Assembly: GCA_021604705.1 (NCBI GenBank) | Contig: BQJM01000006.1 | Coordinates: 2,087-66,086, forward strand | DNA length: 64,000 nucleotides | From: a marine bacterium B5-7 | GTDB taxonomy: Bacteria; Pseudomonadota; Gammaproteobacteria; BQJM01 | Reading direction: 5' to 3' | Shown: one piece after another, positions 1 to 10,111 of the stretch | Numbering within the stretch: position 1 is the first letter of the stretch | Layout: the number at the start of each line of letters is the position of its first letter | Made by a program: the position numbers and the translations under genes | Notes under the pieces: model-generated | What the model saw: the letters and a program-made list of their open reading frames with translations, nothing else | What the model was told of the DNA's origin: nothing | Databases searched by the model: none

Positions 1-150
1 ATCTAGATCCTAAAAAATAGCTACTGCTTTGTTTGTCATTCCAGAATTTGCGAAGCAAATGTCTGGAATCTAGATCCCAGACAATCGCTTTGCGATTTCT
101 GGGATGACATGAAACGCTGTCATCCCGCGCTTGATGCGGGATCTCCATCT
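1..150. repeat. REP/MITE-like stem-loop cluster, family 1 (three units; the window starts inside a further unit)
   Basis: Units are tgtcattccagaatttgcgaagcaaatgtctggaatctagatcc (34-77), inverted cccagacaatcgctttgcgatttctgggatgaca (76-109) and ctgtcatcccgcgcttgatgcgggatctccatcta (118-150). Confidence 0.85.
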
Positions 151-1541
151 AATGCCATCAATAAAAAATACTTGACTGGTATTAAACGTAATTCACCACG
201 TTTTTCGAAGGTGTTTTTGGTGAGTACTATTTTTTGTTTGTCCGTATCAGCATTTAATACGGGTTGGCAATCCGATGCGGTAATATTATTTTGATACTTC
301 ACTTCGATAGCAAAATCATTTGTGATAAAGTCAATTTCTTTTTTCTGTTGTGTAAAACCAACGTCCTTATCATGTTCTTTTAACTTCAAGTAAACCAAAT
401 TTTCTATTAACTGTGATTGGATAACCGGATCATTGAGGTAGGAAAAATCTTGTTCTGGTCGGCCATTTAGCCAGGCATCAATGACAGAATAGATAAAGGG
501 ATCGTTGAAATAGATTTTCTTGTTTTTACGATACATGATTCTGCCAGTTTCTAGATTGAGATGATTTGCCTGTGACAAGACGAACACATGACAGAAAAAG
601 TCAATATAATTTACTACAGTATTCCGTGAGCCAATGCCGATGTTCTGTGTGATTGATTGGTATGATACGTCAGCGGTTAGCCCCTTTAAACAGTAGTGTA
701 ACAAGTGTTTTGCGATGTATTCTTTCTTGTCTGATTTAGCAATTTCTGAAATAATCCAGCTGCGGTATATGGTAAAAATGTCGTAACTTATTTTCTGTTG
801 CATGTTATATTCATTCATTACACGCGGGAAGCCGCCGGTTTTTAAGTAATTTTTTAGCGCCTCATCGAGATTCATGGTTTTGTCTAATTTAAATAACTCA
901 GTTTCTGTGCTTTTTAGGTCTACAGATAAAGAAACCTGAGGATGTTGCAACTGCAATGCTTGGCGGAAATTCAGTGGCTTAAAGTAAAAGTCGATTCCTT
1001 TGCCTCGTCGCCCTGGTAAATATTCTCCTGTTTTCTTAACACTCATGGTATTCGAGCCTGTTAAAACATAAGTAATGTTTTTGTGATGGCCACTATCGAC
1101 TAAATATTTAATCGCAAGAAAACTATCTTTTACTGTGGTTACTTCATCCAGGAAAATATAGCGGCGTTGTTGGCTGGGGAATGTTGTTAGGTAATCTTCG
1201 ACCAATGCGACAATCTCTTTTTTACTGTCTAATAAGTCGCAATTGAAGTAGAAAAAGCAATCGTGGTTGTTTTCTTGTAAGGTTCTCTGGATGAATAGTT
1301 TGAGATGTGTGCTTTTGCCAATCTGACGGGGTCCCGTGACGATATAGACACCATCCTCGAATGTGTAATTCAAAAAGTTTTTTTCTTGGTGTTGTAGTGG
1401 AAATTCAGCCAAGCGCAGTAAGTGGGGATCGGTATTTATAGCCGCCGGATCCCATAGCCAAGGACTCTGTTTATGAAGTGTTTCTAAATCTGTCATAATG
1501 ATGGCCTCAAAATTAGTGTCAGTCACATTGACATTAATCAT
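120..1541 (-). CDS. AAA+ ATPase with PD-(D/E)xK-like C-terminus (AAA_14/DUF4143-like), paralogue A
   Basis: Walker A GPRQIGKST, Walker B YIFLDEV, C-terminal EIDFITNDFAIEVK. The last 9 codons and the stop lie inside a REP unit. The start may be internal (MTDLETL, 1496). Confidence 0.8.
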   Translation of the reverse strand: MINVNVTDTNFEAIIMTDLETLHKQSPWLWDPAAINTDPHLLRLAEFPLQHQEKNFLNYTFEDGVYIVTGPRQIGKSTHLKLFIQRTLQENNHDCFFYFNCDLLDSKKEIVALVEDYLTTFPSQQRRYIFLDEVTTVKDSFLAIKYLVDSGHHKNITYVLTGSNTMSVKKTGEYLPGRRGKGIDFYFKPLNFRQALQLQHPQVSLSVDLKSTETELFKLDKTMNLDEALKNYLKTGGFPRVMNEYNMQQKISYDIFTIYRSWIISEIAKSDKKEYIAKHLLHYCLKGLTADVSYQSITQNIGIGSRNTVVNYIDFFCHVFVLSQANHLNLETGRIMYRKNKKIYFNDPFIYSVIDAWLNGRPEQDFSYLNDPVIQSQLIENLVYLKLKEHDKDVGFTQQKKEIDFITNDFAIEVKYQNNITASDCQPVLNADTDKQKIVLTKNTFEKRGELRLIPVKYFLLMALDGDPASSAG

Positions 1542-1696
1542 GGGGTGACGTTTAAAGTATCACGCAGGGCATGGTACAGATATAAATTTTTTATACTTGT
1601 CCCTTAAAAGTGATTTTGTTCTATTAGGGACAGCTAAGCCATTCTTAAGCTTCCCTTAAGCAATTAAGGCATCTGAAGGAAATAGAAGAGGTTCCC

Positions 1697-1819
1697 ATGG
1701 TGATTGGCAATGAGAATCTCACAAAAATTGTCGATGAAGTTGATAAAGCTCGCGGTGATGTACTATATCCTGCACGTTTTTCAGAAAAACAGGTGCCAAC
1801 GAATTGGCACAATGGATAG
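1697..1819 (+). CDS. Small hypothetical ORF (40 aa, MVIGNENLTKIVDEVDKARGDVLYPARFSEKQVPTNWHNG)
   Basis: ATG is preceded by gaagagg. A strong hairpin plus T8 terminator follows 25 nt after the stop. It is below the ORF-track size cut-off. Confidence 0.25.
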   Translation: MVIGNENLTKIVDEVDKARGDVLYPARFSEKQVPTNWHNG

Positions 1820-1841
1820 TGATAACAGTTACTTTGTAGAG

Positions 1842-1878
1842 AAACCTCAGTTGCACAGATCCAGCTGAGGTTTTTTTT
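1842..1878 (+). terminator. Rho-independent terminator (possibly bidirectional; it also sits just after the parC stop)
   Basis: Stem cctcagttg/cagctgagg (one G-U pair), 8-nt loop, then tttttttt. An A-run lies on the other side. Confidence 0.65.
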
Positions 1879-4126
1879 AATCTTCCACCTTCATCCCCGT
1901 CACGCGCTGTAAACCGCGTGGCAATTTGCTGCCGCGTTTCGCGCGGTCGCTGACGTAGTGTTGTAGATCTTTATTTTTCAGGGTGAGAGAGCGTTTTCCG
2001 GCTTCGATAGTCAGCGCTTCTTTTTCATTTAAGACCACCATGCCCATCACGACTTCTTCTCGTGATTTTACTTTCGCACTAGGAATATTAATCATTTTGT
2101 TACCTTTTCCTTTGTTTAAGATAGGTAAATCTTTCACAGGGAAAACTAATAAATAACCAGCGCTAGTGACAACGGCAATGTGTGATTTTTTTAAGTTAGT
2201 GACGGTTTGTGGCGTCAGTACTTTTGCGCCCTCCGGGCATTTTAATGCAGCTTTCCCCGCTTTATTTTTGCAGTACAGTTCACTGAGCTTAACGACAAAG
2301 CCATAGCCTGCATCACTGGCCATTAAGATATGCTGGCTTTCATCGCCAGCTAACACGCCGCAGAAACTTGCACCCGCAGCTGGATTTAAACGACCGGTGA
2401 GCGGTTCGCCCTGCCCGCGTGCTGATGGTAACGTATGTATCGCTAAGGAATAACTACGCCCCGTGGTATCGATAAATACCGCCGGTTGATTGCTTTTTCC
2501 TTTGCCGGCGGCACAAAACTCATCGCCAGACTTATAATTTAATTCTTCCGCATTAACTTCATGCCCTTTGGCCGCACGTACCCAGCCTTTTTGTGAAAGT
2601 ACAACTGTCATAGCTTCGCTGGGGACTAATGCATTCACTTCAATCGCTTGTGCTTCAACGCGTTTTACAATGGGCGATTGTCTCTCATCACCATATTTTT
2701 CTGCATCTGCGAGTAATTCTTTTTTAATGAGTGTTTTTAAACGGGCATCAGATCCTAATATTTTTTCTAGCTGGTCGCGTTCTTTTTCTAAGTCAGCTTG
2801 CTCACCCTTAATTTTCATTTCTTCGAGTTTAGCTAAATGACGTAACTTTAAGTCTAAGATGGCATTCGCTTGGATCTCCGTGAGCGAATACTTCTTCATT
2901 AACTTCACTTTTGGATCATCTTCATGACGAATAATGCGAATCACTTCATCGATATTTAAAAAGGCAGTCATCAAACCTTCTAAAATATGCAAACGTGCCA
3001 AGACTTTATCTAAACGGAATTGCAAACGACGTGTTACCGTTGTCGTACGATAGCTTAACCATTCTTGTAAAATCGTTTTTAAATCTTTAACTTGTGGGCG
3101 ACCATTAATGCCAATCATATTCAAATTAATACGGTAGCTTCGTTCTAAATCTGTCGTTGCGAACAAGTGCATCATCATTTCTTCGATGTCGATACGATTT
3201 GAACGCGGGATGATGACCAAGCGTGTAGGGTTCTCATGATCAGACTCATCACGTAAATCCGCAATCATCGGTAATTTTTTCTGTTGCATTTGCGCAGCAA
3301 TTTGCTCTAACACTTTCGCACCAGAGACTTGGTGTGGTAGCGCGGTGACGATGATATCGCCATCTTCTTTTTCATACACAGCACGCGCACGAACACTGCC
3401 ATTACCGCTTAAATACATGTCTCGAATTGCTTCGTGAGACGTAATAATCTCAGCCTTCGTTGGATAATCTGGGCCTTTGACGTGCATCATCAAATCATCA
3501 ATGCTGGCTTTAGGTGCATCGATTAAGTGAATACATGCACTGGCGATTTCTTTGAGGTTATGTGGTGGAATATCCGTGGCCATACCGACAGCAATCCCCA
3601 TGCCACCATTTAATAACACATTGGGTAAACGAGCGGGTAAGGTAATCGGTTCTTCTAGTGTGCCATCAAAGTTAGGCTGCCAATCCACCGTGCCTTGTTC
3701 TAGTTCTGACAGCAATACTTGTGCGTAAGGTGATAAACGTGCTTCCGTATAACGCATGGCCGCGAATGATTTAGGATCGTCTGGCGAACCCCAGTTACCT
3801 TGCCCATCGACAAAGGGATAGCGGTAAGAAAAGGATTGTGCCATTAAGACCATGGCTTCATAACAAGCGCTGTCACCGTGTGGATGGAATTTACCTAACA
3901 CGTCACCAATGGTACGCGCCGATTTCTTATATTTTGAGCCGGCTTTTAAGCCTAACTCTGACATCGCGTACACAATTCGGCGCTGCACGGGTTTTAAGCC
4001 ATCGGCCAAACTGGGTAAAGCACGATCGAGTAACACGTACATGGAATAATCCAAATACGCTTTTTCAGTAAATTGGTGTAGAGGTTGTTGTTCTACGTCG
4101 GGGAATGCCACGGCGGAGTCAGTCAT
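1877..4126 (-). CDS. parC: DNA topoisomerase IV subunit A
   Basis: GLKPVQRRI and [10 protein letters not shown] (active-site Tyr region). At 749 aa without a GyrA-type long C-terminal extension, ParC is favoured over GyrA. Confidence 0.88.
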   Translation of the reverse strand: MTDSAVAFPDVEQQPLHQFTEKAYLDYSMYVLLDRALPSLADGLKPVQRRIVYAMSELGLKAGSKYKKSARTIGDVLGKFHPHGDSACYEAMVLMAQSFSYRYPFVDGQGNWGSPDDPKSFAAMRYTEARLSPYAQVLLSELEQGTVDWQPNFDGTLEEPITLPARLPNVLLNGGMGIAVGMATDIPPHNLKEIASACIHLIDAPKASIDDLMMHVKGPDYPTKAEIITSHEAIRDMYLSGNGSVRARAVYEKEDGDIIVTALPHQVSGAKVLEQIAAQMQQKKLPMIADLRDESDHENPTRLVIIPRSNRIDIEEMMMHLFATTDLERSYRINLNMIGINGRPQVKDLKTILQEWLSYRTTTVTRRLQFRLDKVLARLHILEGLMTAFLNIDEVIRIIRHEDDPKVKLMKKYSLTEIQANAILDLKLRHLAKLEEMKIKGEQADLEKERDQLEKILGSDARLKTLIKKELLADAEKYGDERQSPIVKRVEAQAIEVNALVPSEAMTVVLSQKGWVRAAKGHEVNAEELNYKSGDEFCAAGKGKSNQPAVFIDTTGRSYSLAIHTLPSARGQGEPLTGRLNPAAGASFCGVLAGDESQHILMASDAGYGFVVKLSELYCKNKAGKAALKCPEGAKVLTPQTVTNLKKSHIAVVTSAGYLLVFPVKDLPILNKGKGNKMINIPSAKVKSREEVVMGMVVLNEKEALTIEAGKRSLTLKNKDLQHYVSDRAKRGSKLPRGLQRVTGMKVED

Positions 4127-4139
4127 TGTATTAGGTATC

Positions 4140-4706
4140 CTAATTTACGGTATAAAGTGCCCCAGTTACCTGGCCTGCCGTGGTTTCGCGGTGCAATGTC
4201 CACGTTTCTGGCAAGGTCGGCACGGGTGCGCGTCGATGTCTCTCAATATAAACAAAGGCGTCGGGTGTCAGCAAGTGTTGCGTGTGCAAGCATTGCGCGG
4301 ACTCGGTGATTAATTCAGGTTGCTCGAAGGGAGGGTCTAAAAAGACGATTTCAAAGGGCTGTGTGAGCCGACCTGGGGGTAATGGCATTTGGCTTTGGAT
4401 GGTTTCTGCTTCCTCGGCTTCAAGGACACTAGCTTGTTCACGCATGTGTTCGATAATGTCTCTGTTATTGTCCACAAAGGTGACATGACTCGCGCCACGG
4501 GATAAGGCTTCAAAGCCTAAAACGCCGCTGCCGGCAAAGGCATCGAGGCAGCGTGCACCGTGAATTCTGGGCTGTAGCCAGTTAAATAATGTTTCTCGCA
4601 AGCGATCAGACGTGGGACGTAAGTCTTCACGATCGACAAAGCTGATCTGACGACTACGCCAGCGACCACCGATAATGCGAACTAGATTGCGATGATGTTT
4701 TTTCAT
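4140..4706 (-). CDS. rsmD: 16S rRNA (guanine966-N2)-methyltransferase
   Basis: [21 protein letters not shown] motif and FLDPPF motif. ATGA overlap with the upstream peptidase gene. Confidence 0.85.
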   Translation of the reverse strand: MKKHHRNLVRIIGGRWRSRQISFVDREDLRPTSDRLRETLFNWLQPRIHGARCLDAFAGSGVLGFEALSRGASHVTFVDNNRDIIEHMREQASVLEAEEAETIQSQMPLPPGRLTQPFEIVFLDPPFEQPELITESAQCLHTQHLLTPDAFVYIERHRRAPVPTLPETWTLHRETTAGQVTGALYTVN

Positions 4707-6004
4707 GGGCCTACCATTACTGTCACGCGCGGTTTTCCCGCGATCTGTTGTTGAAATGCATATTTTATTTTTTTCGCTGTCACAGCCTGAATATGCGATA
4801 AGTAAGTATCAAAATAATTTAAAGGTAAATGATAAAACGCCAGCGACACCACATTATTAAGCATGGCGCTGTTATTGCTGAAGCTCAGTGGGTAATGCCC
4901 CATTAAAAATTGTTTGGCAAGTTTGACTTCGTCCTCGGTGGGGCCATCTTTTAGAAACTGCTGAGAAACTTCCAGCGTCATTACTTTTGCTTGTGAGGAT
5001 TTTTCTGCTCGTGTCTGTAACTGAATCAAGAAAGGTCCGGCTTGTTGTCGCCGTACAAATTGGCTGCTGATCCCATAAACCCAACCATTCTTTTCTCGCA
5101 CTTGATCAAACAAACGAGAAGAAAAACTACCGCCACCTAAAATAAAGTTACCGACAATTAAAGGGAAATATTCCGGGTTATTGCGTGTAATGCCTAGTTG
5201 CCCGATAAGAATATGGGTTTGTTGTGAGGGGAATCTAATTGTTTTTGAGAGTGCTTGTTTAGGCGCGATGGGGGTTGGTATGGTGATGGGTTTGCCCGTG
5301 GCGCGTAATCCCTGGGTAAGTTGCCCACTGATTTTTTTGGCGTTTTTAGGTGTGAGTGCACCGACGATGACTAAGGCTAAATGATCGGCGGTATAGTATT
5401 GCTGGTAAAATTGTTTGGCTTGTTTGACCGTTATTGCACGCACAGTTTCATTGTTACCTAATGATGAGTGTGCGTAGGGGTGATTGCCATAAAGTAACTG
5501 TGAAAATGTTTTAGCAGCAATCGCGCCAGGTGATTGTTGTTGGTGTTTTATGCCCTGCAATTGTTGTGCTTTCAAACGTGCAAAAGGTTTTTTAGGGAAA
5601 TGAGCTTGCGCCAGTACCGCATGAAACAAAGCCAAGTTTTTTTTGAGATCAGCAGGGTTGGTGAGGGATCGCAATGTGACGATGCCCATGTCTTTACTCA
5701 TGCTGTTTCCAATGCTGCCGGCAGTTTTGCTGAGTGTGTTCGCAATGTTCTCTTCAGTATATTTTCCTGCGCCGGTTGTCAGCGCGCTGTTGGTCAAGGA
5801 CGCTAAGCCAAAATACTTACCATCATAAGCACTGCCGGCATGAAATACTGCCGCAATGTCGACGATAGGTACATCAGGCGATGCGACAAAATAGACTGGG
5901 ATATGGTTTTTGGTTTTCCAGGTTTGGATGTTGAGAGTTTTTGTTGCGTAACTGTAGTTTGAACTTAGTATTAGCAAGAGAACAAGTTGTATTTTAGCTT
6001 TCAT
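4703..6004 (-). CDS. M16 (pitrilysin) family peptidase, non-catalytic-type subunit
   Basis: Signal peptide MKAKIQLVLLLILSS and M16 fold-like sequence, but no HxxEH. ATG at 6004 follows gaggag. Confidence 0.75.
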   Translation of the reverse strand: MKAKIQLVLLLILSSNYSYATKTLNIQTWKTKNHIPVYFVASPDVPIVDIAAVFHAGSAYDGKYFGLASLTNSALTTGAGKYTEENIANTLSKTAGSIGNSMSKDMGIVTLRSLTNPADLKKNLALFHAVLAQAHFPKKPFARLKAQQLQGIKHQQQSPGAIAAKTFSQLLYGNHPYAHSSLGNNETVRAITVKQAKQFYQQYYTADHLALVIVGALTPKNAKKISGQLTQGLRATGKPITIPTPIAPKQALSKTIRFPSQQTHILIGQLGITRNNPEYFPLIVGNFILGGGSFSSRLFDQVREKNGWVYGISSQFVRRQQAGPFLIQLQTRAEKSSQAKVMTLEVSQQFLKDGPTEDEVKLAKQFLMGHYPLSFSNNSAMLNNVVSLAFYHLPLNYFDTYLSHIQAVTAKKIKYAFQQQIAGKPRVTVMVGP

Positions 6005-6055
6005 CAATAACTCCTCTATCGCATCCTAATTAACGTTTGTTGGGGACCTGTTTTT

Positions 6056-6153
6056 CTGTCATTCCGGCCTTGAGCCGGAATCTCCTGCTAGCACTGACGT
6101 AGTGTCTGTAGGAGATCCCGGATATTTGCCTTTGGCAAATTCCGGGATGACAG
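6056..6153. repeat. REP/MITE-like composite, family 1 (two inverted units) between the two M16 genes
   Basis: ctgtcattccggccttgagccggaatctcc ... ggagatcccggatatttgcctttggcaaattccgggatgacag. Confidence 0.9.
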
Positions 6154-6162
6154 CACTTGTCA

Positions 6163-7476
6163 TCATCCTTTGTTCTCAGGCACTAACACTCCCACCGTTA
6201 ATCGATCACGAACAAAAAACTGTTTGGCGGCCATTTGTAACTGGGCCGGGGTGATAGTTTTTAAGTGCGAAATTAATTGTTCAGGGGTATTCATGGGCAA
6301 GCCTAATGCAAACAATGCGCCTAACTCGCTGGCTTGGTCGGTTAAATCATCGCGTTGGTAAATACGTTCAGCTTCAATTTGATGGACGATTTGTTTCAGT
6401 ATTGTTGGTTTTACGGCTTGTTTCTTTAAGCGTGTCAGCTGTTGCCAAATTGCTTTTTTTACTTCTTTCATGGATTTATCTTTTGCGGGTGTCGCGACAA
6501 TCGTAAATTGCGTGTCGAATCGTTGGAAAGGGGAATAATTTGCATTAACACTAGTGACGATTTGTTTCTTACGCGCTAAGATTGTAGGTAATCGTGCACT
6601 GTCATCACCGCTTAGCACTGCGGATAAAATCATAAGTGCGTAAGGTTGCCACGCTTTCTCATCCGCACTTAAATGCGGCGCTGAGAATCCCATGATGAGC
6701 CAGGGAAGTTTTGCGGGACGTTTAACGGTGACGCGTTTTTTCCCCATGGGTGTTTGATCCGGATGGGGTTTGACGATGGGCAATGCACGTTGCGGGATGT
6801 GCCCAAAAAATTGTTTCACAAGCGCGAGGGCTTTTTTCGGTGTGACATCACCAGCAATAACGATTGCGGCATTATTGGGGGTATACCACTGTTGATACCA
6901 ATGCCGTAGATCACCGGCGGTCATGTGCACTAAATCACTGGGCCAACCCACGGTGGGATGATGATAAGGGTTGGAAGCAAAGGCAACGGCATTAAAACGT
7001 TCCATGGTCAGTGCTTGCGGATTATCATCGGTGCGCATGCGGCGTTCTTCGCGCACGACTTGAATTTCTTTGGAAAAATCTTCGGGTGACAAATTTAAAT
7101 GTTGCATGCGATCCGCTTCTAGCTGCAAGACCAAATCTAAATGCTGAGAGGGCATGACCTCATAGTAATAAGTATAGTCACGACTGGTGGCGGCATTATT
7201 AAAGCCACCATTTTCTGTGATGGTGCGTGTAAATTGTTTGGCAGATATTTTAGGGGTGCCACGGAACATCATATGTTCCAATGCATGTGCGATACCCGTG
7301 ATGCCATTTGGCTCATCTGCGCTACCAACGCGATACCACACTTGAGAAATCACCATGGGCGCACGATGATTTTCTTTGATGATGACGGTCAAGCCATTAT
7401 CTAGATGTGTGACCACAGGTGCTGCAGTACAAACGCATAGAGGAAATAGGCTGAGAAAAAAGAGTAATGCTTTCAT
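6163..7476 (-). CDS. M16 family zinc peptidase, catalytic-type subunit
   Basis: HALEHMMFRG (HxxEH). Signal peptide from MKALLFFLSLFPLCV (ATG 7476). The ORF-track start at 7554 is a TTG. Confidence 0.82.
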   Translation of the reverse strand: MKALLFFLSLFPLCVCTAAPVVTHLDNGLTVIIKENHRAPMVISQVWYRVGSADEPNGITGIAHALEHMMFRGTPKISAKQFTRTITENGGFNNAATSRDYTYYYEVMPSQHLDLVLQLEADRMQHLNLSPEDFSKEIQVVREERRMRTDDNPQALTMERFNAVAFASNPYHHPTVGWPSDLVHMTAGDLRHWYQQWYTPNNAAIVIAGDVTPKKALALVKQFFGHIPQRALPIVKPHPDQTPMGKKRVTVKRPAKLPWLIMGFSAPHLSADEKAWQPYALMILSAVLSGDDSARLPTILARKKQIVTSVNANYSPFQRFDTQFTIVATPAKDKSMKEVKKAIWQQLTRLKKQAVKPTILKQIVHQIEAERIYQRDDLTDQASELGALFALGLPMNTPEQLISHLKTITPAQLQMAAKQFFVRDRLTVGVLVPENKG

Positions 7477-7542
7477 GCGAGCATGATGCCGGTTTATTGA
7501 AAGTCCGTCAACTGCTGGAAAATACGGGCAAAAAGCGATAAG

Positions 7543-8547
7543 ATGCCTCATCAAAAAATGATGAGTGTAGTCATGATCAATTTTCTAAAGCGCGATAAAA
7601 AAGATAGTACCTCAGCTGAATCAAAGGTACAGCCAGAAAAAAAATCTTGGTTTTCAAAACTCAAGCAAGGTTTACAGAAAACGCGTCAATCGCTAACAGG
7701 CGGTATCGCAGATGCGGTGCTCGGAAAAAAAGAACTCAATGCGGATGTGCTCGACGACATCGAAACCTATTTGCTCACAGCCGATGTCGGTGTGGCAGCA
7801 AGCCAAGCTATTATTGAAGATTTGCGCCAAGGTATTGCACGTAAATCAGTGAATGATGGCGAGGCCTTAATGGCAGCGCTGAAAGCGCATTTATTTTCAA
7901 TTTTAGACAGCGCACAAAAGCCCTTTGTCCTACGTGATACAACGACCAGTGTCTTAATGGTCGGTATAAATGGCGCCGGAAAAACCACGACTATTGGTAA
8001 ATTGGCCCATTATTTTCAGTCACAGAATAAGACAATTTTACTCGGTGCAGGTGATACCTTCCGTGCAGCAGCCGTAGAGCAGTTGAAAACCTGGGGAGAG
8101 CGTAACGATGTGCCCGTGATTGCGCAAGCAACGGGTGCAGATAGCGCCTCTGTTGCATTTGACGCCCTGTCTTCTGCAAAAGCTCGCGCACTCGATGTTG
8201 TATTAGTCGATACGGCTGGGCGACTGCATACGCAAAATCATTTAATGGAAGAACTCAAAAAAGTCACACGCGTGATGGGTAAAGTCGATAGTGATGCACC
8301 GCATGAAGTGTTGTTAGTGCTAGATGCTTCCATTGGTCAGAATGCATTGCTGCAAGCCATGGCGTTTCATGAAGCGGTGGGCGTGACCGGTATTGTGCTT
8401 ACTAAACTTGATGGTACGGCAAAAGGCGGCATTATTTTTGCCATTGCCCAGCAATTACAATTGCCGATTTATTTTATCGGTGTTGGCGAAGGCATTGAAG
8501 ATTTAAAACCGTTTGATGCGCGCGAGTTTATTGAGGCCTTGTTTTAA
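7543..8547 (+). CDS. ftsY: Signal recognition particle receptor
   Basis: GINGAGKTTTIGK, DTAGRL, TKLDGTAKGG. The start could be one of the Met codons up to 7573. Confidence 0.9.
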   Translation: MPHQKMMSVVMINFLKRDKKDSTSAESKVQPEKKSWFSKLKQGLQKTRQSLTGGIADAVLGKKELNADVLDDIETYLLTADVGVAASQAIIEDLRQGIARKSVNDGEALMAALKAHLFSILDSAQKPFVLRDTTTSVLMVGINGAGKTTTIGKLAHYFQSQNKTILLGAGDTFRAAAVEQLKTWGERNDVPVIAQATGADSASVAFDALSSAKARALDVVLVDTAGRLHTQNHLMEELKKVTRVMGKVDSDAPHEVLLVLDASIGQNALLQAMAFHEAVGVTGIVLTKLDGTAKGGIIFAIAQQLQLPIYFIGVGEGIEDLKPFDAREFIEALF

Positions 8548-8776
8548 ATCTTTTTTCAACGATCTCTATCTTTTCGAATGAGGTTCACTGGGTTAGGTAG
8601 GTTCTTGGGGAGAGACATTTTCTTCAAGTAACGGTCCCATTTCGCCAACACTTTCTTTAAACGTAGCTGCTGACTTTCTGTTGTTGGCTTTTCCACGTTG
8701 ATTCCTCTAGGGTGCCAAATTAGTATCAGTATTAACCTTTTTTTAGAGAAAATGCGAGTAGATTCAGGGTTTTCGG

Positions 8777-8872
8777 CATATTTTACAACGCAAATGTAAA
8801 ATACGCTGGATATTTTCCAATTGCGATGTAAAATAAGAAGCATATTTTCCAGCCACGATGTAAATGAGCATG
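8777..8872 (+). promoter_or_regulatory. Three phased 32-bp repeats directly 5' of, and overlapping, the start of ATPase paralogue B
   Basis: catattttacaacgcaaatgtaaaatacgctg / gatattttccaattgcgatgtaaaataagaag / catattttccagccacgatgtaaatgagcatg. Function is untested. Confidence 0.7.
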
Positions 8873-10033
8873 ACAAAAATGGTAACGAAACGATATTTTA
8901 AGCCGCCTGAGCGAACCAGCTATTTCTTGTTTGGGCCTCGCGGTACAGGTAAATCAACCTTAATGGCAGCGTTGTATCCGGATGCGCTACTGATTAATTT
9001 GCTTTTGCCGGACACGCGGCGCCCCTATCTTGCCAAGCCTGATCGCTTGTTGGATGTCGTACGTGCACAACCTGAGGGGAAAACGATTGTCATCGATGAG
9101 GTTCAAAAAATTCCTGAGTTACTGTCGCTGGTTCATGTGTTGATTGAAGAAAAACAACAATGGCAATTTGTATTAACAGGTTCAAGCGCTAGAAAATTAA
9201 AACGTGAAGGCGTGAATTTATTGGGTGGTCGAGCGCTGGATAAACATTTACATCCATTCATGGCATCGGAATTAGGCGAAGGTTTTGATTTGCAGCAAGC
9301 ATTAAATTCGGGTTTGTTACCTTTGGCTGTGGCGAGTGATACGGTGCAAGAAACCTTGTCAGCATATGTGACTTTATACCTGGAAGAGGAAGTAAAAGCA
9401 GAAGGATTTATTCGAGATATTGAACCCTTCTCTCATTTTTTAGAAGTTTTAAGTTTTTCTCATGGTTCGCTCTTAAATTTAAGTCATGTTGCGCGGGAGT
9501 GTCGTCTAAAGCGTGCAACCGTCGATAACTGGTTATCTATTGCAGAAGACTTGCTCATTGCTTTTCGTTTGCCAGTATTTTCACGACGAGCTAAACGGAT
9601 TCTTACCACACAGTTGAAATTTTACTATTTTGATTCGGGGGTTTATCAAATACTGCGGCCCCGTTCAGTCATAGATAGTCGTAGTGAGGTAGGTGGCGCA
9701 GCGTTAGAAGGATTGGTCGCACAGCATTTGCGTGCTTGGATTGATTACAGCCATGCGAAACATAAACTTTATTACTGGCGTACAAAGTCCGGGGTTGAAG
9801 TTGATTTTATTGTCTATGGAGAGAAAGGGCTCTGGGCTATTGAAGTCAAGTACAGTGGTTATGTGGATAGTAAAGATCTGCGAGGATTAAAAAACTTTAA
9901 AGAAGATTACCCTGAATCAACACCTATTATGCTGTATCAAGGGGATGAACGCATCTTACGAGACGGCATTCTGTGTATGCCGTGTGATGAATTTCTCAAA
10001 CAGCTTGTGCCGAACCAATCGTTGCCGGTTTAA
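8864..10033 (+). CDS. AAA+ ATPase with PD-(D/E)xK-like C-terminus, paralogue B
   Basis: GPRGTGKST, VIDEVQK, TGSSARKL, VEVDFIVYGEKGLWAIEVK. Confidence 0.85.
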   Translation: MSMTKMVTKRYFKPPERTSYFLFGPRGTGKSTLMAALYPDALLINLLLPDTRRPYLAKPDRLLDVVRAQPEGKTIVIDEVQKIPELLSLVHVLIEEKQQWQFVLTGSSARKLKREGVNLLGGRALDKHLHPFMASELGEGFDLQQALNSGLLPLAVASDTVQETLSAYVTLYLEEEVKAEGFIRDIEPFSHFLEVLSFSHGSLLNLSHVARECRLKRATVDNWLSIAEDLLIAFRLPVFSRRAKRILTTQLKFYYFDSGVYQILRPRSVIDSRSEVGGAALEGLVAQHLRAWIDYSHAKHKLYYWRTKSGVEVDFIVYGEKGLWAIEVKYSGYVDSKDLRGLKNFKEDYPESTPIMLYQGDERILRDGILCMPCDEFLKQLVPNQSLPV

Positions 10034-10045
10034 GTTTATCTATGC

Positions 10046-10081
10046 TTGTCACCCTAGGCGGTCGTCATGCCGGCTTTAGCG
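10046..10081. repeat. Degenerate family-1 REP remnant
   Basis: ttgtcaccctaggcggtcgtcatgccggctttagcg resembles the gtcaYcc / gtcatgccgg units. Confidence 0.25.
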
Positions 10082-10111
10082 TGTCCACTAGGTACAAGGC
10101 AATCTGACTTA

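Noticed and set aside
2568-2840. Numerous 60-125 aa antisense or out-of-frame ORFs inside housekeeping genes (for example in parC, topA, glyA, murJ and ileS).
   Set aside because: They are fully embedded in well-supported longer CDSs on the other strand or frame, with no independent signals.
8777-8872. The phased 32-33 bp repeat arrays (also at 34836-34934, 60383-60478 and 61845-61928) as mini CRISPR arrays.
   Set aside because: The units are contiguous with no unique spacers and there are only three per array. They are palindromic and promoter-proximal, and there are no cas genes in the window.
8556-8876. A 106-aa minus-strand ORF between ftsY and ATPase paralogue B, with a tail (..NLIRKDRDR) vaguely reminiscent of antitoxin C-termini.
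   Set aside because: It runs antisense through the repeat array and the ATPase start, has no SD or recognisable domain, and the resemblance is too short to support.
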